DNA of 64,000 nt from Vulcanimicrobiota bacterium (GTDB lineage Bacteria; Vulcanimicrobiota; Vulcanimicrobiia; Eremiobacterales; Eremiobacteraceae): the NCBI GenBank assembly GCA_963805945.1, contig CAWDVP010000008.1, forward strand, positions 13,724 through 77,723. The letters are read 5' to 3'. The notes beneath the pieces were generated by a model. That model saw nothing but the letters and a program-made list of their open reading frames with translations, made no database searches and was not told the DNA's origin. Shown in pieces: positions 62,390-64,000 of the stretch. The position numbers and the translations under genes are program-made. Each line of letters opens with the position of its first letter. The stretch's first letter is position 1.

Positions 62390-63298
62390 ATGACCACGCC
62401 GCAGATGGGCATCTTCGCGCTCGGCGACGCATCGCATAGCTTCCTCGAATTCTCGTTGCGTGACGGTGCAGACGCCACGGCCGCGGTCACCTCGATCGCC
62501 GACATGCACGACCCGCGCAAGACGACCGAGGGCGTCAACCTCGTCATCGGCTTTCGCCCCGAGCTGTGGAGCGCGGTCAGACCGGCAGAGGCGCCGGCAG
62601 ACGCCGCCTCGTTCCTGCGCGACATCGTCGGCAGCGACGGCTACACCATCCCTGCGACGCAGGCCGATCTTTTCGTGTGGATCGCCGGCGCTTCATATGA
62701 CAACGTCTTCGACGTCGCCACCGCTGCCGTCGACTACCTGAAGCCCCACGCCGCGCTCGTGCGCGAACTGACCGGGTGGGCGTACCAGCACAACCGCGAC
62801 CTCACCGGTTTCCAGGACGGCACGGAGAACCCGACGCTCGTCGAAGCGCCCGACGTGGCGCTCATCCCCGATGGGCAACCCGGAGCCGGCGGCAGCGTCC
62901 TGCTGTTCCAACAGTGGAAGCACGACGCCGGGGCATGGCGCGCGCTGCCGACGCTTGGCCAAGAGCTTATCATCGGCCGTACCAAGGCCGAGAGCGTTGA
63001 GCTCGACGAGCGTCACATGCCGGCGGATTCGCACGTGACCCGGACCACGCTCGAAGAGGACGGCGAAGAGATCAAGATCTTCCGCCGCAATACGCCTTAT
63101 GGCGCGGTCGGCGATCACGGTACTGTGTTCGTCGGCTTCGCCAAACGGCAGTATCCCCTGCAGCGTATGCTCGAGCGCATGGCGGGCGTCGGCGACGGTG
63201 TCCGCGACGCGCTCACCCGCTTTTCGATTCCGCTCACTGGATCGTACTATTTCGTTCCGGCGCTCTCCGCGCTCGCTCGCCTCGCCGCTGATAACTGA
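62390..63298 (+). CDS. Dyp-type peroxidase
   Basis: ATQADL, RDLTGFQDGTENP (GxxDG), IIGRTK, SHVTR, IFRRNTPYG, TGSYYFVP. Confidence 0.93.
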   Translation: MTTPQMGIFALGDASHSFLEFSLRDGADATAAVTSIADMHDPRKTTEGVNLVIGFRPELWSAVRPAEAPADAASFLRDIVGSDGYTIPATQADLFVWIAGASYDNVFDVATAAVDYLKPHAALVRELTGWAYQHNRDLTGFQDGTENPTLVEAPDVALIPDGQPGAGGSVLLFQQWKHDAGAWRALPTLGQELIIGRTKAESVELDERHMPADSHVTRTTLEEDGEEIKIFRRNTPYGAVGDHGTVFVGFAKRQYPLQRMLERMAGVGDGVRDALTRFSIPLTGSYYFVPALSALARLAADN

Positions 63299-63304
63299 CG
63301 CGAC

Positions 63305-63781
63305 TTACGGGCCGTACTTGTCGACCCACAGACAGATAGGCACGGTGGCGGTACTGCCAGGCGGGGGACTCGCCGATTTGGCGGACGCCTCGTGGACCCA
63401 AAAGAAATAGAGCTTACCTGGTACCGTTAGGAAATTGTTGAGATAGTTCGGACCGAAGGCGGCCTCGGAGACCTGGCGAGCGGCCGTTACCGCCAACAAG
63501 TTGACGTTCGTATGGAAGCAAAGGGTGGTTCGACCCATGGGGACCTTTGAATCGGGAAACGCGCATTGCCCGTTCTTGAGTCCCGCTGCTACCGGCCCTT
63601 TGCTCTGCGAAAAGCTCACCGCAAGGACAGGAGCCCCACCAGCGCCGAGGCCGTAATTCCAAGCCATGTTCCCTGAGCGGCACGTGATTTGATGGGTGGA
63701 GTTCACGCTTGCCCCTTGAGAGACCGATGGGGCAAGGGCGCCAGCGAATGTCAAAATCGCGACGATAGCAAAGCGTCTCAT
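63305..63781 (-). CDS. Hypothetical secreted protein
   Basis: Signal peptide MRRFAIVAILTFAGALA; 158 aa with 4 Cys. Confidence 0.65.
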   Translation of the reverse strand: MRRFAIVAILTFAGALAPSVSQGASVNSTHQITCRSGNMAWNYGLGAGGAPVLAVSFSQSKGPVAAGLKNGQCAFPDSKVPMGRTTLCFHTNVNLLAVTAARQVSEAAFGPNYLNNFLTVPGKLYFFWVHEASAKSASPPPGSTATVPICLWVDKYGP

Positions 63782-64000
63782 GGTGGGTGGTTTCTTGAAG
63801 TTCGCGGGGGTAACCCTTCACGCGATCAGACAGGTTTCGATTCGCTTATCGGGTCCTGTCGGGTGAGGAGCAGCCAAGCGCAGTGCTCGTCGTTGACCTC
63901 GACATACCCTCGCACGCTTTCCGCGAAGTATTCGCAAACGAAAAGCAACAAGACGCGCAAGCCTAGTAATGGACAGGGATGACGGTGAGGCCGCCTGCTT

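Noticed and set aside
62390..63298. Encapsulin cargo system around the DyP peroxidase
   Set aside because: No C-terminal targeting peptide and no adjacent encapsulin gene

Overview
High-GC bacterial chromosomal window, mostly housekeeping genes. The organism has an outer membrane (TonB-dependent receptor and other beta-barrels); the gene families suggest Candidatus Eremiobacterota/Vulcanimicrobiota, which is inference only. In order: tsaD (partial), an S10 peptidase, purM-purN-pyk, pepA, a TonB-dependent receptor, a large purine cluster (purB, purC-purE fusion, purL, purQ, purS-like, two purP paralogs, guaA, purD, purF), holA, mtnA, a class III aminotransferase, a riboflavin operon (ribD-ribE-ribBA-ribH) followed by a pentapeptide-repeat membrane protein, comF, a Liv-type ABC transporter, two NDP-sugar pyrophosphorylases, a WecB/TagA glycosyltransferase, dapB-asd-aspartokinase-dapA, pcrA, an accessory region of about 7 kb anchored on tRNA-Glu/tRNA-Gln, then dapD, VKOR, SRPBCC and a DyP peroxidase. 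Many essential genes carry apparent 1-nt frameshifts, most likely long-read consensus errors. The most notable observations are: (1) a GTAG/GGAG REP-like palindrome family that sits in frame inside housekeeping proteins (RibH, PurL twice, aspartokinase) and repeatedly encodes the same peptide, (D/P)GRxxSTA(P/T); (2) a mosaic purine pathway combining an animal-type PAICS (PurC-class II PurE) fusion with an archaeal-type PurP pair, with no purK or purH in the window; (3) three displaced tRNA-Glu 3'-end copies that delimit integrase-less mini-cassettes; (4) an unannotated 58-aa metallothionein-like gene, a tRNA relic, and a TonB-dependent receptor with a duplicated C-terminal extra domain. All family assignments come from motif recognition; no database searches were run.
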